DNA from: an uncultured delta proteobacterium
Lineage (GTDB): Bacteria > Myxococcota_A > Polyangia > Palsa-1104
Assembly: GCA_963785725.1 (NCBI GenBank)
Contig: CAWAWS010000016.1
Coordinates: 160,001-224,000, forward strand
DNA length: 64,000 bases
Direction: 5' to 3'
This document shows positions 62,462 through 64,000 of the stretch, in pieces. A model generated the notes under the pieces. It was not told the origin of the DNA. It saw only the letters and a list, made by a program, of their open reading frames with translations, and searched no databases. Each line of letters begins with the position of its first letter. Positions within the stretch are counted from its first letter, which is position 1. Position numbers and translations under genes: made by a program.

Positions 62462-63012
62462 CAGTAGGTCCATACTCCGCAAGTGGTCGCCGGCGCGCAC
62501 TGACCGGCGACGAAGCCGTCGTAGCAGCAGTCGGTGGCGACGCATTCGTGGTTCGTGCCGCTGGCGCAGCTGTCGCTGCAGGTGCAGAAGCCGGGCGGCG
62601 GCGGCGTGGGCGCGGTCGAGCCGGCGCAGCTGCCGTTGACACAGCTGACGCCGTCGGGACAGGTGACGCCGCAGCCGCCGCAGTTGCGAATGTCGCTGCC
62701 GAGGCTGATGCAGCCGTTGCTGCCGCAGCAGGTCTGGCCGGTGCCGCAGATGTCGCCGAAGGGCGGGCAGCCGCACTTGCCGCCGATGCAGATGTCCCCG
62801 TCGGGACAGACGGTGCCGCAGGCGCCGCAATTGCGCGGGTCGCGGCCGATGTCGATGCAGGCCGTGCCGCAGCACGTAAGGCCACAGGCTTGGCCGTTGA
62901 GCATGCAGGTGCCGCCGTCGCCGGAGGATTTGTCGCCGCTGCGGCTGCTGAGACCGCAGCCGGCGACCGTTAGCGACAGGAGAACGCCGAGAACGACAGA
63001 GATGCGCGCCAC
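62461..63012 (-). CDS. Cys-rich repeat lipoprotein (myxobacterial; Stig1-like repeats)
   Basis: Lipobox VAGC; two repeats C.....D..NCG.CG..CPDG..C..G.C. Confidence 0.75.
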   Translation of the reverse strand: MARISVVLGVLLSLTVAGCGLSSRSGDKSSGDGGTCMLNGQACGLTCCGTACIDIGRDPRNCGACGTVCPDGDICIGGKCGCPPFGDICGTGQTCCGSNGCISLGSDIRNCGGCGVTCPDGVSCVNGSCAGSTAPTPPPPGFCTCSDSCASGTNHECVATDCCYDGFVAGQCAPATTCGVWTY

Positions 63013-63043
63013 GCGGCGACGGTAACGCCACGCGCGGCTGGGA

Positions 63044-64000
63044 TCAAGCCGCGCCGCAGGCCTGCTCGAGCGCGTGCGCGATCTCGTCGGCGTAGCCGCG
63101 AATGACGCACCTCGTCCGGCCCTTCGACCATGACGCGCGCCTTGTGCTCGGTGCCCGAGTAGCGCACGAGCACGCGCCCATCGGTGCCGAGCGTCTGCTC
63201 GACGCGGGCGATGAGCGCGTTGACCGTCGCCAATTCGCCGAGCGGCCGCTTCTCCTTGACCTTGAAGTTCACCAGCACCTGCGGATAGCGCGTCATCACG
63301 CGGCGCAGCTCCGACAGCGGCTTGCCGCTCTCCAACATCACCGCCAGCACCTGCAGCGCGCCGAGGACGCCGTCGCCCGTCGTCATGTGATCGAGGAAGA
63401 CCAAGTGGCCCGACTGCTCGCCGCCGAAGTTGTAGCCGTTGGCGCGCATCTCCTCGACGACGTAGCGATCGCCGACCTGCACGCGCGCCAGTTTGCCGCC
63501 CATCTTCGTCGATCGAGCGCTCGAGACCGAGGTTCGACATCACCGTCGCCACCAGCGTCTTGTGCTTGAGCTCGTCGCGCTCGATCATGCGGCGCGCGCA
63601 CATGGCCATGATGGTGTCGCCGTCGACCTCGTCGCCGTGCTCGTCGCAGATGATGACGCGGTCGGCGTCACCGTCGAGGGCGATGCCGAGCTGCGCGCCG
63701 CGACTTGACGACCGCTTGCTGCAGCTTCTGCGGATGGAGCGCGCCGCAGTCGTCGTTGATGTTGGTGCCGTCGGGGCGAATGCCGAGCGCGATGACGTCG
63801 GCGCCGAGCTCGCTGAAGACGGCGGGCGCGACTTTGTAGGCGGCGCCGTTGGCGCAATCGACGACGATGCTTCAGGCCCTCGAGCGTCAAATGGCGCGGA
63901 AACACGCTCTTCAAGAACACGACGTAGCGGCCGCGCGAGTCTTCGATCTTCGTCGCCTTGCCGATGTCGGCGCCGTGCGGGCGGTTGCGATCGAGCTCGT
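63044..64000 (-). CDS. glmM: Phosphoglucosamine mutase, 3' part, frameshifted, truncated by window edge
   Basis: [50 protein letters not shown]. Confidence 0.9.

Overview
GC-rich chromosomal window. The gene content (Ser/Thr kinases with PEGA domains, Cys-rich and vWA-like lipoproteins, AgmX/PglI-like C-terminal domains) suggests a myxobacterium (Myxococcota; inference). About ten genes, including glmM, pdxJ and nnr, are split by frameshifts that look like long-read indel errors. Main contents: a lower-GC insert encoding a stand-alone diadenylate-cyclase-like protein; a WGR-DUF4132 protein; LysR/SDR; a hybrid histidine kinase; an ECF sigma/anti-sigma module; a GH18 hydrolase; efp-epmA; an 11-gene sulfur-relay operon (CymR-like Rrf2, cysK, MoeB, ThrC-like, CysO/MoaD, CysM, Mec, DsrE-like, TusA, LarE) with operator boxes; a beta-barrel plus 13-heme cytochrome pair; kinases and a pseudokinase; a 7TM-HD phosphodiesterase; and glmM-pdxJ-acpS-nnr. 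The most striking unexplained element is a ~600-nt non-coding region (55501-56102). It has a well-spaced sigma70-type promoter, a perfect 13-bp helix joining its ends and many internal helices, so it is a candidate large structured ncRNA that I cannot assign to a known family. Many genes have a -10 box 6-8 nt before the start codon, suggesting frequent leaderless transcription. All family assignments come from motif recognition by eye, not database searches.
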